DNA from: Acidobacteriota bacterium | GTDB lineage: Bacteria > Acidobacteriota > Thermoanaerobaculia > Gp7-AA8 | Assembly (NCBI GenBank): GCA_019244185.1 | Contig: JAFATB010000023.1 | Span: 288,001-352,000 of the forward strand | Length of the DNA stretch: 64,000 nucleotides | Direction: 5' to 3' | Part shown: positions 10,145-19,177 of the stretch, piece by piece | How positions within the stretch are numbered: position 1 is the first letter of the stretch | Layout: each line of letters opens with the position of its first letter | The notes under the pieces: generated by a model | What the model was told of the DNA's origin: nothing | The model's input: only the letters and a program-made list of their open reading frames with translations | The model's database searches: none | Translations under genes and position numbers: made by a program

Positions 10145-10885
10145 TCATGCCGCGCCTTTCCCCGTCAGGACGACGTCGACCGTCTGCAGCAGGATGTGGA
10201 AGTCGAGGGCCAGGCTCCAACGGTCAACGTATTGACGATCGAGCTGCAGGCCGCGATAGCCGACGCACTCGCTGCGTCCGCTGACCTGCCAGAGGCCGGT
10301 GATGCCCGGAGGCGTGGCGAAGCGGCGCACGGTGCTGCGCTGCGGCAGGTTCTCGAGGTCGCATTCGCGCAGCGGACGCGGGCCGACCAGGCTCATCGTC
10401 CCCTCGAGCACGTTGAAGAGCTGCGGCAGCTCGTCGAGGCTGTACTTGCGCAGGATGCGGCCGACGCTCGTGACGCGCGGGTCGTTCTTCGGCTTCACGA
10501 ACGCGGCGTCGGCGGTCTCGACCTTGTCCGCGCCGACGACCATCGTGCGGAACTTGTAGATGTCAAATAGATTGCAGCGGAAGCCGATGCGCCGCTGCCG
10601 GAAGATGATCGGTCCCGGGCTGGTCAGCTTGATCGCCGCCATGATCGCGAGGAACAGTGGCGCGGCGAAGGTGATGGCGGTGAGCGAAACGAGGATGTCG
10701 ATCAGGCGCTTCACGCGCGCGCCGATCGGATGCCGCGTCACGAGGTCGTAGTAGTAGGCGCCGGAGCCGGTGTCGTCGAAGAAGAGGATGCCTTTCGCGC
10801 GCTTGACAGACTGGTGCTTGCGGCGCGAACGGCCGGAGAGAAGGGCACGGTACTGAGAGATTTCGTAATCGAAGTGATAGGCCAT
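10145..10885 (-). CDS. Priming polyprenyl glycosylphosphotransferase (bacterial sugar transferase)
   Basis: [60 protein letters not shown]. Confidence 0.95.
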   Translation of the reverse strand: MAYHFDYEISQYRALLSGRSRRKHQSVKRAKGILFFDDTGSGAYYYDLVTRHPIGARVKRLIDILVSLTAITFAAPLFLAIMAAIKLTSPGPIIFRQRRIGFRCNLFDIYKFRTMVVGADKVETADAAFVKPKNDPRVTSVGRILRKYSLDELPQLFNVLEGTMSLVGPRPLRECDLENLPQRSTVRRFATPPGITGLWQVSGRSECVGYRGLQLDRQYVDRWSLALDFHILLQTVDVVLTGKGAA

Positions 10886-10930
10886 GGGGCGTTTTAGTTT
10901 TTCCGTCAGAAGCTACCGACTTGCAATCGC

Positions 10931-10946
10931 TGCAAAACGACCGCCA
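10931..10946 (-). promoter_or_regulatory. sigma-54 promoter candidate
   Basis: TGGCGG-TCGTT-TTGCA upstream of the sugar transferase. Confidence 0.65.
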
Positions 10947-10971
10947 GTGCTGACGCCGGTGGTGACGCGCG

Positions 10972-11706
10972 TCACACGCGCTGTGCAACAAAGACGGCGT
11001 CGGGGCAGAACGGCACGAGCGGCGGGAACTTCGAGACCGGCTCGAGCACGCGCACGAGCGGCGAGCGGAACACTTCCGGCCGGTCGAGCTTGTAGCGCAC
11101 CAGCCAGAAGCCGATGCCGTACGACGCCACGATCTTGAAGCCCGCCTCGCGCAGCAGCCGCCGCAGCTTCGTCCACGTCAGATCGACGCGCTCGCCTTTG
11201 CCGCTCATGCGCAGCAGCGTGTTGTGGATCGACCACGGGTTGAGGTGGTTGTTGAAGACGAAGTAGCCGCCGGGAACGAGGAGGTCGTGGATCGCTTTGA
11301 GCGCGCCGCGCCGCAGCTCGTCCTGCGCGTCGCCGAGGAATCGGAACGAGGTCACGAGGTTCACCGGCGCGATGCCGGCGGAATCGCGCGTGAGGTCGCG
11401 GACGATGAACGTCGTGCGCGGGCACTTCAGCCGCGCCTGCTCGACCATGTTCGCGGAGACGTCGACGCCGTACGACTCGGCCGCATGCGCCGACACGCGC
11501 TGCGTGATGCGGCCCGTGCCGCACGCGAAGTCGAGATAGCGCGGAATGCCGCCGGGAAAGAACTTCGCGGCGATGCGCTCGAGGATCTCTCCCTCGCGCT
11601 CGGTCATGTACGTGTTGAAGTCACCGCGCGAGAGGTCGCGGTCGTAGTCCGCACCCTTGTGCAGATGCGACTGCCGGTAATCGGTCGCCACCGGATCAGA
11701 ACCCAT
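10972..11706 (-). CDS. Class I SAM-dependent methyltransferase
   Basis: YLDFACGTGRIT, GVDVSANM, LLVPGGYFV. Confidence 0.9.
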   Translation of the reverse strand: MGSDPVATDYRQSHLHKGADYDRDLSRGDFNTYMTEREGEILERIAAKFFPGGIPRYLDFACGTGRITQRVSAHAAESYGVDVSANMVEQARLKCPRTTFIVRDLTRDSAGIAPVNLVTSFRFLGDAQDELRRGALKAIHDLLVPGGYFVFNNHLNPWSIHNTLLRMSGKGERVDLTWTKLRRLLREAGFKIVASYGIGFWLVRYKLDRPEVFRSPLVRVLEPVSKFPPLVPFCPDAVFVAQRV

Positions 11707-12619
11707 AAGCCACGGTGGCGATGGCGACGTCGTAGTTGAAATCGCGTCCCGGCAGCGACGAGGTCACGTCTTCGCGCGTGTAGTAGAGGATGCCGCGCAG
11801 GTGATCGGCGAAGCGATACACCGCGACCGCGCTCCACTGCGGACGCGTGTCGCTGCGGCCGAAGTTGCTGTCGAACGGCAGGTCAGTCTGGTAGTCGCGC
11901 GTGCCGTGTCCGTACCGCGCGCTCACATACAGCCGGTTCTGCGGCACGTACTGCGGGATCCACGCGATCGACGCGTACCAACGGTCGTCATCGTAGCGCT
12001 CGTCCGTCGCGTCGGTCGTGAGATGCGCTTTCTGATAGCCGACTTCCGGAACGATGCGCCAGCCCCAGCCGCGATAGCGGATGCCGGCGCTGAAGAGCGT
12101 GTAGTCGTTGTCGAGGTTCGTCTGGAAATTGAAGCGCTGGCGCTCGGTCGACGCCGCGAGCGCGACCTGCCAGCTCGGGACGAAGCGATACGCGTACTCG
12201 CCGGCGAACGAGGTCACGCTGGCTTGGCCGACGGTGTTGCCGACGTTGTACGACGCGCGGTTGCTGGCGTGATCCGCGTAGACGTTGTACTCGTGGATCT
12301 CGCCCTCGTGAAAGAGGCCGATGCGCTCGCTGACGCTGGCCTTGCGTCCGCGCTGGTCGTAGTTGAGGTATCCGAGGTGTCCGTAAACCTCGGGGACGAA
12401 ATTGTTCGGATGCCACGCGACGCGGTACTCCGCGCCGATGGCGTTGACGTTCTGCCGCTGGCTCTCGATCGTCGCCCAGTTGAAGTTGTGGAAGACCCAG
12501 TCGGAGACGCGGACTTCCTGGCGGAACGACCCCGGGTCGCTCTTGCCGAACGGCTGAGCCGCGAGCGGCAACGCGAAGGCGAGGAGCAGCAACGCGAGAC
12601 GAATGGGCTTGAGTCTCAT
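11696..12619 (-). CDS. Outer-membrane beta-barrel protein, putative polysaccharide export porin
   Basis: Signal peptide, alternating aromatic beta-strands, terminal VAYGF, located inside the EPS cluster. Confidence 0.72.
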   Translation of the reverse strand: MRLKPIRLALLLLAFALPLAAQPFGKSDPGSFRQEVRVSDWVFHNFNWATIESQRQNVNAIGAEYRVAWHPNNFVPEVYGHLGYLNYDQRGRKASVSERIGLFHEGEIHEYNVYADHASNRASYNVGNTVGQASVTSFAGEYAYRFVPSWQVALAASTERQRFNFQTNLDNDYTLFSAGIRYRGWGWRIVPEVGYQKAHLTTDATDERYDDDRWYASIAWIPQYVPQNRLYVSARYGHGTRDYQTDLPFDSNFGRSDTRPQWSAVAVYRFADHLRGILYYTREDVTSSLPGRDFNYDVAIATVAYGF

Positions 12620-12633
12620 CGGATCGCGTCCTC

Positions 12634-12649
12634 AGCAAAAGCGGGACCA
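12634..12649 (-). promoter_or_regulatory. sigma-54 promoter candidate
   Basis: TGGTCC-CGCTT-TTGCT, 14 nt before the ATG. Confidence 0.6.
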
Positions 12650-12659
12650 GCGCCGTCTG

Positions 12660-13709
12660 CTACGAAAATACCGAGCTCGTCGCGCTCTCGAACCGCGCCA
12701 GAAAGCGCGGCCACGGCAACGCGCGCACGCCGGCCAGCGCCTCGCCGTCCGCCGTCATCGTGCCGCGCGTAGCGAGGAACTCGCGAAACGCCACGGCGAG
12801 CTGCGAGGCCGGCATCCGCGTGCGCGCCGCGTACGTTTCAAAGTACGCCCGCACCGCGCGCGAGACGTGGTTGCGCTCGAGGAACGTCCGTGCGAACGCG
12901 ACCTCCGGGTCGGCCATGCGATAAGCGCTCCACGGATAGTTCACGCCGTACGTCAGCGGATAGTGGAAGAGATCGACCGCGCAGGGCGCCGATGGCGCGA
13001 AGTGCTCCCAGTCGACGACGGCCACGCAGTCGTCGCTGCGCAGGACGTTGTGCGCCCAGTAATCTCCGTGCCGCGCCGCGACGTGCTCGCGCTGCCGCGT
13101 CGCCTCGTGAAACGCTGCAAGCCAGCGCGCCGCCGCGCGAAAGTGCGCATCGATATAGCGCGACGGCGCGAGGGCCGACTGCATGTCCGCGTACGCGGAA
13201 CGCCCGCGCACCGCGCTGCTGACGAGCACCTCGCCGCGCGGCGCGGTGACGTAGTGCAGCACCGACGGCACGGTCGCGCGCAGCGGCGGCGGCAGCATCG
13301 CGTGAAGCCGGCGCAGCGCGTCGGCTTCCGCGTCGAGCGAGCCGTTCACCGCATCGTTCTGCGCTTTCGCGACCGCGAACGGCGCCGCGCTGTCGCCTTC
13401 GAACAAAAACGCGAGCAGTCGCCGCCGCCCGCTCTGGTCGACGTCGTCCAGCACGATCCAGCGCAGGCCGTCCATCGACGAGCCGCGCACGACCTCCGCG
13501 CGTACGACGTCCAGCAGCAGCGCCGTCAGCGAGTCGTTGAGATCGACGTCCGGCGGCCGCACCGCGATGCCGAGGCACGCGCGCAGCAAGCGCTCGCGCC
13601 GGCTCTTCGGCACGTTGACCGTTCGCTGAAAATAGAGAAGCGCCGCGCCAGACCTCGGCAGCGGCGCAAGCGGTTCAGCCGGTGCAAAGTCGACGCGCGC
13701 CACCGTCAC
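12660..13709 (-). CDS. Aminoglycoside-phosphotransferase/choline-kinase-like kinase
   Basis: FAVAK, RHGDYWAHNVL, VVDWE; GTG start overlaps the flippase stop. Confidence 0.8.
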   Translation of the reverse strand: MTVARVDFAPAEPLAPLPRSGAALLYFQRTVNVPKSRRERLLRACLGIAVRPPDVDLNDSLTALLLDVVRAEVVRGSSMDGLRWIVLDDVDQSGRRRLLAFLFEGDSAAPFAVAKAQNDAVNGSLDAEADALRRLHAMLPPPLRATVPSVLHYVTAPRGEVLVSSAVRGRSAYADMQSALAPSRYIDAHFRAAARWLAAFHEATRQREHVAARHGDYWAHNVLRSDDCVAVVDWEHFAPSAPCAVDLFHYPLTYGVNYPWSAYRMADPEVAFARTFLERNHVSRAVRAYFETYAARTRMPASQLAVAFREFLATRGTMTADGEALAGVRALPWPRFLARFESATSSVFS

Positions 13710-15160
13710 GTCGCGACCTCGGCGCTCCCGCGCGGGAAGAAGTGATGCCGCGCCGCGCGCACCAGTTCCGGATCGAGGAGCGCCACGACGATCGCGTGCA
13801 CGAGCGCGCCGATCATCACGCCGCCGGCCACCTGCACCGTCAGCGCGAGCGAGTCGCTCGCGCGCATCCAGAAGATCAGCGGCGCGATCATCGCCGTGCC
13901 GCCGGCGATGCCCGGCATGAACGCGTACGCCATGTCGCGCGTGCTGACGCCGATGACCGGCGCGGTGATGGCGAGGTTGACGATCGTCGTCAGCGCCGTC
14001 GCCACGACCATCCCGGCCGCGATCGCCACCGCGCCCCACCGTGCGCCGGCGATGCACGCGATGACGACGAGCACCGCCTTCAGCATCGTGAAGTTCGCGA
14101 GCAGCCGCGCGTGTCCCGTCGCCTTGAGCACGTCACCCGCCTGCGCCGTGAGACAGCGCAGCGCCGCGGCGATGGCGAGCATGCTGAGGATCGGCGCGGA
14201 GGCGATCCACTGCGGACCGAAGAACGCGACGACGATCGGACGCGAGAGCACCGCCAGCCCGATCGCCGCGGGAATCGTGATCGCGGAGATGTAGCGCGTA
14301 GTCATGAGGAACGGCCGGCGCATCGACTCGCCCGCGGCATGCAGCTTCGCAAAGGCCGGGAAGAGCACGCGCGCGAGAACCCAGAGCAACGTCATGACCG
14401 TCGTCTCCGGGATCTTGCTCGCCATCTGATAGAGGCCGAGGACGGTCGTGCCGAGGACGTGGCCGACGACGACGAGATCGGTATTGTTCGTGATCGCGGC
14501 GACGCCGTTGATCATCAGGATGCTGCGGCCGTACGCGAGCATCGGCCGCACGAGATCCCACGGCACGCGCAGCGACGGACGCCACGGCACCGCCGCCCAC
14601 AGCAGCAGCGTGCGGCAGACCGTGCCGGCCAGGCGGCCCCACACGAGACTCCACGCGCCGAAGCCGAACCACGCCAGCGCGAGCGCCACCGCGGCGTTCG
14701 CGAGCGCGAGGCTGAACTCGGGGATCACGTGCACGTGGAAGCGGAGGTCCTTCTGCGCGAGCGCGTCGTGCGTGTTCGCGAGGTAGCGGATGATGAACGT
14801 GAACGAGAGCGCGCGTACGATCGGCGCGCCGTTCGCGGCGTGGAAGAAGTCGGCGATGAACGGCGCGAGCAGCAGCGTGATGCCGCACCAGAAGATGCCG
14901 GAGGCGATGCTGACGAGGAACGTGACCTGCGCGGCGTCTTCGCGGCGGTCCGGCCAGTAGACGAGCGCCATGCCCGCGCCGAGGTCGCCGATCGTGTCGG
15001 CGTACGTCATGTAGGCGAGCGCGAACGCGAGCAGGCCGAACTCGCGCGGCGCGAGCAGTCGCGCCAGCAGCGCGAGGCCGACCAGCGTGATGACTTTCGC
15101 GCCCGCGGTCGCGACGAACGCCCATCCCGCCGCACGCGCGGCCGAGCGTCCGACGGTCAT
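13706..15160 (-). CDS. wzx: Wzx-type polysaccharide flippase
   Basis: LARLLAPREFGLLA, FGAWSLVWG, LGLYQMA, about 12-14 TM segments; ATG at 15160 has a GGAG-like SD. Confidence 0.88.
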   Translation of the reverse strand: MTVGRSAARAAGWAFVATAGAKVITLVGLALLARLLAPREFGLLAFALAYMTYADTIGDLGAGMALVYWPDRREDAAQVTFLVSIASGIFWCGITLLLAPFIADFFHAANGAPIVRALSFTFIIRYLANTHDALAQKDLRFHVHVIPEFSLALANAAVALALAWFGFGAWSLVWGRLAGTVCRTLLLWAAVPWRPSLRVPWDLVRPMLAYGRSILMINGVAAITNNTDLVVVGHVLGTTVLGLYQMASKIPETTVMTLLWVLARVLFPAFAKLHAAGESMRRPFLMTTRYISAITIPAAIGLAVLSRPIVVAFFGPQWIASAPILSMLAIAAALRCLTAQAGDVLKATGHARLLANFTMLKAVLVVIACIAGARWGAVAIAAGMVVATALTTIVNLAITAPVIGVSTRDMAYAFMPGIAGGTAMIAPLIFWMRASDSLALTVQVAGGVMIGALVHAIVVALLDPELVRAARHHFFPRGSAEVAT

Positions 15161-15190
15161 CCCTCGCTCCGGAGCATCGTGCACGCCCTG

Positions 15191-15206
15191 AGCGAAAAAC
15201 AGGCCA
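15191..15206 (-). promoter_or_regulatory. sigma-54 promoter candidate
   Basis: TGGCCT-GTTTT-TCGCT directly after the upstream stop codon. Confidence 0.55.
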
Positions 15207-16877
15207 TCACGCTTCGACGGTGCGCTCGCGCGTGAGCCGCGCGATCCCGGCGATGAATCCGAGGTACAGGCCGGGATAGCGCAAGTGCGTTTCGTGCAGC
15301 ACGAGACTGGCGGCGAGGTAGCCGCAGATGGCGATGCCGAGCCCCATCGCGAGGATGGCGTGCTCGGCTTCTCCGCGCGCGAGGAGCATGTTGCGCGAGC
15401 GCCAGAGCACGACGAACGCGGCGAGCAGCGTCGCGCCGAACGTGGCCAGGCCGAAGAGCCCGCTCTCGGAGGCGATCTGCGTCGCGAGCGAATGCGGATC
15501 GCCGGAACTGCCGGCGTCGGAGTAGTCGTACAGCGCGGAGCCGACGATGTTCGCGTACTCGTAGTAGTGGCGCGTGAACTGTCCCGCGCCGACGCCGAAC
15601 AGCGGATGCTCGGCGAACATCTCGATGCCGGAACGCACGAAGAGCTTGCGCAGTTCGACCGAGCCGTCGACGGGCGCGGTGCTTTCCGCGCCGGGCAGCA
15701 GCGTCTTGAGCGTGCCGAGCCGCTGCTCGATGAGCTCCGCGGGAAGGAAGAGCAGCACGATCGCGAATCCCGCGGCGCCGAGGGCGACCGTCTTGATGCG
15801 CACTTTCGCGGCGAAGAGCATCAGCACCGCCATGCCCGCCATGGCCAGCATCGCGCCGCGCGAGTACGTGACGAGCGTCCCCGCGGTGGCCATCGCCGCG
15901 GCGGCGAAGTACGCGAGCCGGTTGCGCGTGCGGCGCTGCGCGAGGCCGAGGGCGACGGCGAGCGGAATGGCGACGAGAAGAATGCGCGCGTAGAAATTCG
16001 GATCGTCGACGGGGGGTCCCGACGCGCGCGGCAGATCGACTTCGCCGTAGATGTTGCCGGTCTGCAGATCGACCATGCCGCCGAGAAAATCGGTCATGCG
16101 TCCGGTGAGCACCTGCACGACCGAGATGGCGGAGAAGACCGCCGCCGCGCCGACGAGCGCGGTCATCGCCGTCCGCAGCGCGTGCCACGACGCGGCCAGA
16201 CTGCCGGCGAGGATGCAAATCATCACCGCCTTGATCGCCTCGCCGACGCGCTTGTCGGCGAGCTGCTGATCGGTTGCCCAGATGGTCGTCGAAAAGAGCA
16301 CGTACGCGTACGAGGCGAGCAGCAGCGGTACCGCCTGCATGACGATCGTGCCGGGACGGAAGCTCGCGCGATGTTTCCAGACGACGATCGCGAGCATGGC
16401 GATGATCGGCTGCAGCAGCGACGGCACGGGATACCGCAGCATGATCGTGTTCGAGATGTCGGTGTAGACGACGAGCACGAGGAACGGCAGCCCGAGCGTG
16501 AACGGCAGCGACGGCGCGGTGGCGGGCGCGCGCGCCTCGAACTCCGGCGGCGCGGGCGGCAGCGCGAGACGCGGCGGGACGCGGCGCGCGGCGCGCACGA
16601 ACGCGGAGCCGGTCGCGCCGACCGCGGCGAACGCGGTGAGGAGCGTCGCGTCGACGGTGTTGCCGAAGCAGATCGCGAGCGCGGCAACGGAGTACGCCGT
16701 CGCGAGCAGCCCCGATTCTTCCTGCGCGAGCCACGCGGAGATCGCGACGGCGCCGAGGTACGCGCCGAAGATCGCCACGGGCGACGACGGCGCGAGGTAC
16801 GCGATGCCGGTGGCGATGACGACGAGATCGAGCGCGACCGCGTGACGGATCAGCGTGCGGCGCGTGGCGGGAGTCAT
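15207..16877 (-). CDS. O-antigen ligase/Wzy polymerase family protein with an extra N-terminal TM module
   Basis: RASGPPVDDPNFYA, TYSRGA, HPLFGVGAGQF, PHS..TQIASESGLFG. Confidence 0.85.
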   Translation of the reverse strand: MTPATRRTLIRHAVALDLVVIATGIAYLAPSSPVAIFGAYLGAVAISAWLAQEESGLLATAYSVAALAICFGNTVDATLLTAFAAVGATGSAFVRAARRVPPRLALPPAPPEFEARAPATAPSLPFTLGLPFLVLVVYTDISNTIMLRYPVPSLLQPIIAMLAIVVWKHRASFRPGTIVMQAVPLLLASYAYVLFSTTIWATDQQLADKRVGEAIKAVMICILAGSLAASWHALRTAMTALVGAAAVFSAISVVQVLTGRMTDFLGGMVDLQTGNIYGEVDLPRASGPPVDDPNFYARILLVAIPLAVALGLAQRRTRNRLAYFAAAAMATAGTLVTYSRGAMLAMAGMAVLMLFAAKVRIKTVALGAAGFAIVLLFLPAELIEQRLGTLKTLLPGAESTAPVDGSVELRKLFVRSGIEMFAEHPLFGVGAGQFTRHYYEYANIVGSALYDYSDAGSSGDPHSLATQIASESGLFGLATFGATLLAAFVVLWRSRNMLLARGEAEHAILAMGLGIAICGYLAASLVLHETHLRYPGLYLGFIAGIARLTRERTVEA

Positions 16878-17536
16878 GATGCCGCGCGGTGGCGGCGGTC
16901 GAGGAAGTACGCGGTGGCCATCGCCAGCACCGCGCCGAGGACGAAGCCGGCGATCAGCGCGCGTCCGGTCCGCGGCAGCTCGGCCGCGTCGGGTGCGAGC
17001 GCGGGAGAGAGCAGCGTGACGGTGTAGATCTCGTACATCGCGTGCGTCTGCTCGCTGACGGCGGCGGGGATCGCATTCGCGACGGCGCTGATGCGGCGCG
17101 GGTCGGTGCCTTCCACGGTGATGCGGAAGAGGTTCGTGGTCGGCACGACGACGGCGTCGACGTGGTCTTTCGGATCGGCGTGCACCTGCCGCAGCGTCAG
17201 CGGCGTCGAGACGAGCGCGGCGACCGTGGCGACGACGACGCGGCGTTCGAGCGTGTCGACGCCGTGCAGCACGTCGCCGATCTGCATCTGCTTGACGCGC
17301 GGCGCGACCGCGCCGATGGCGACCGCGCGATACTGCTTCGGCTGCATCGCCGCGGCGAGATACGCGAGCAGCGCGACCGCGAGCGTGATCAGCGCGACCA
17401 CCGGCCAGTGACGCCGCGCCGCGCGCAGCATGTCGTCCGCGACGTTGCGGAACAGCGGACGCGGCCCGTCGCCAATCCGCAACTGGCGCAGTGCCTCGGC
17501 GTCATTTCGTGAATCGGCGTAGCTGGGTGTGTCCAC
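16874..17536 (-). CDS. Small Wzz/CpsC-like chain-length determinant (2 TM, no kinase)
   Basis: N-terminal RRHWPVVALI..TM..PKQYRA; C-terminal PA..P..P..PR followed by a TM segment. Confidence 0.72.
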   Translation of the reverse strand: MDTPSYADSRNDAEALRQLRIGDGPRPLFRNVADDMLRAARRHWPVVALITLAVALLAYLAAAMQPKQYRAVAIGAVAPRVKQMQIGDVLHGVDTLERRVVVATVAALVSTPLTLRQVHADPKDHVDAVVVPTTNLFRITVEGTDPRRISAVANAIPAAVSEQTHAMYEIYTVTLLSPALAPDAAELPRTGRALIAGFVLGAVLAMATAYFLDRRHRAAS

Positions 17537-17553
17537 GGCTGAGCCCCGCGCCG

Positions 17554-17569
17554 TGCAAGGGAAACGCCA
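17554..17569 (-). promoter_or_regulatory. sigma-54 promoter candidate
   Basis: TGGCGT-TTCCC-TTGCA, 17 nt before the GTG. Confidence 0.68.
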
Positions 17570-17575
17570 GCGAAG

Positions 17576-19000
17576 TCAGCGCGGGCGGTAACGCAGCCCG
17601 TCGATGACCACCGCGTCGCCGTCGATGTTCAGCGTGTGCGTGCCGATCAGCTCCGCGTTCCAGTCCGGCTCGATCGTGCCGGCGGCGCGCTCTTCGTACG
17701 CTTCCGTGGTGAGCGTGACGATCTCGCGGAGCGCGATCGAATGGCCGTAGCGGCGCGCGCCGTTTTGCGCGGGACGCAGCAGGCGTCCGTCGCGGAGGAA
17801 CGGCCGTCCCGCGCAACGTCCCGCCGTGACGTCGATCATCAGCGGATTGCGCGGATGCGACGTCCACGGACCGAGCGGCGAGTCGGCGTGATAGAGCGAG
17901 AGCTCGTCGTAGGTCTCGCCGTCGGGGGCCGTCGAGACGTAGAGCCACCAGCGGCCCGCGTGCTCGAAGAGCGTCGCGTCGACGGCGCGCAGTCCGCGCA
18001 TCAGCGTCGCGTGCGGCTCCCATTCATACGGAAAGTTCGTCGCGCGATACAGCTCGATCGTTTCGTTCTCGCCGGTCTCGGGAAGCATGTAGTGCGCGCC
18101 GTTCCACGCGAAGACGCACGGATAGGAGAGGTGATACGGACGGGTGAGGACGGTGCGCGGAGATGACGCGGTGCCGTCGCGCCGCAGCTCCATCACCGCG
18201 ATCGTGCCGCGGTTTTCGGCGAAGAGCATCTCCTCGACGAAGAGCCACGTGTGCGCGCCGTCCTGGAAGACGAACGGATCCGCCCAAAGACGATCGTCGG
18301 GCGGCAGCAGCGCGTGGAACTTCGCGTAGTCGTGATGGCCGAAGCCGAAGGCGACGAACCACTGCTCGTTCATGGTGCGGTCGCGTTTCCGCTGCCGCAG
18401 GAACGCGCGCGCACGTTGCGCGAGCACGCTGCCGCGCGACGTTGACGGTTTCTCCGCCGGCAGTTCGAGTCGCGGCGGCAGCTCCTGCGTGCGATGCAAC
18501 CGCGCAAGCTCGGAGATGATCAGCGACGCGGCTTTCGCGAAGAGGCGGCTCGTGCCGCGGCGGAGCGAGATCGCATCGACGGCCGCGCGTGCGCTCGCGA
18601 TCGGACGGCCGTCCGCTTCGAGAAGCGCGAGCGTGGTGTCGCGCGCGGACGCGAGCTCCGCGAGCGCATCGGACGTACGCAGCGTCCAGACGCCGAAGCG
18701 TGGGGCGAGGTCGGGGAGCCGCGTGCCAGGCGCGAAGTCGAGAACGACGTCGACGTCGTCGTTGTCGTTCGCATTCAACGCGATCTCCCGCGGCTCGAAC
18801 GCGGAGCCCGCGCGGCGAAACACGACGTCGTCGAGCTGCTCGTACAACGTGCGCCGTTCGCGCGCGCGCGGCGCGCCTTCGACGACGCGCACGATGCGCG
18901 CAAAGTCGGCGTCGCGGATGGCGTCGACGACGCGCGCGATCCACGCCGGCTGCGGCGACGGAGCGATGCGGACGGCGACGCGCAGCGGGGCGTTCGGCAC
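17576..19000 (-). CDS. GINT1-N-like beta-propeller protein (glycosyl-hydrolase-like fold)
   Basis: WADPF, HLSYP, YMLPE, DATL, HPRNP, RPAQ...YG and GTHTLN blades. Confidence 0.7.
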   Translation of the reverse strand: MPNAPLRVAVRIAPSPQPAWIARVVDAIRDADFARIVRVVEGAPRARERRTLYEQLDDVVFRRAGSAFEPREIALNANDNDDVDVVLDFAPGTRLPDLAPRFGVWTLRTSDALAELASARDTTLALLEADGRPIASARAAVDAISLRRGTSRLFAKAASLIISELARLHRTQELPPRLELPAEKPSTSRGSVLAQRARAFLRQRKRDRTMNEQWFVAFGFGHHDYAKFHALLPPDDRLWADPFVFQDGAHTWLFVEEMLFAENRGTIAVMELRRDGTASSPRTVLTRPYHLSYPCVFAWNGAHYMLPETGENETIELYRATNFPYEWEPHATLMRGLRAVDATLFEHAGRWWLYVSTAPDGETYDELSLYHADSPLGPWTSHPRNPLMIDVTAGRCAGRPFLRDGRLLRPAQNGARRYGHSIALREIVTLTTEAYEERAAGTIEPDWNAELIGTHTLNIDGDAVVIDGLRYRPR

Positions 19001-19013
19001 GCGGGCGCGGCGG

Positions 19014-19029
19014 TGCAGAAGTGACGCCA
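19014..19029 (-). promoter_or_regulatory. sigma-54 promoter candidate
   Basis: TGGCGT-CACTT-CTGCA, 13 nt before the GTG. Confidence 0.6.
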
Positions 19030-19030
19030 G

Positions 19031-19156
19031 TCAGAAAAGACGAATGAAGAACGCAGAACGCAGAATGAAGAACGTAGAAAAGAGAAACGGGCGACGTGCG
19101 GATTCGCGCGTCGCCCGTTTCAACATTCTGTGTTCTGCGTTCTGCGTTCTGAATTC
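19031..19156. repeat. Palindromic element with 7-nt tandem-repeat arms (GCAGAAY/GAAGAAY ... GTTCTGC), copy 1
   Basis: gaagaac gcagaac gcagaat gaagaac gtagaaa ... attctgt gttctgc gttctgc gttctga. Confidence 0.85.
19072..19121 (-). terminator. Intrinsic terminator of the beta-helix gene
   Basis: Stem GAAACGGGCGACG/CGTCGCCCGTTTC followed on the minus strand by TCTTTTCT. Confidence 0.7.
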
Positions 19157-19177
19157 AAGCCGCGCAGCGGCGTCTTT

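Noticed and set aside
19031-19156. Heptamer arrays as a CRISPR array
   Set aside because: Units are 7 nt and tandem with no unique spacers, and there are no cas genes in the window.
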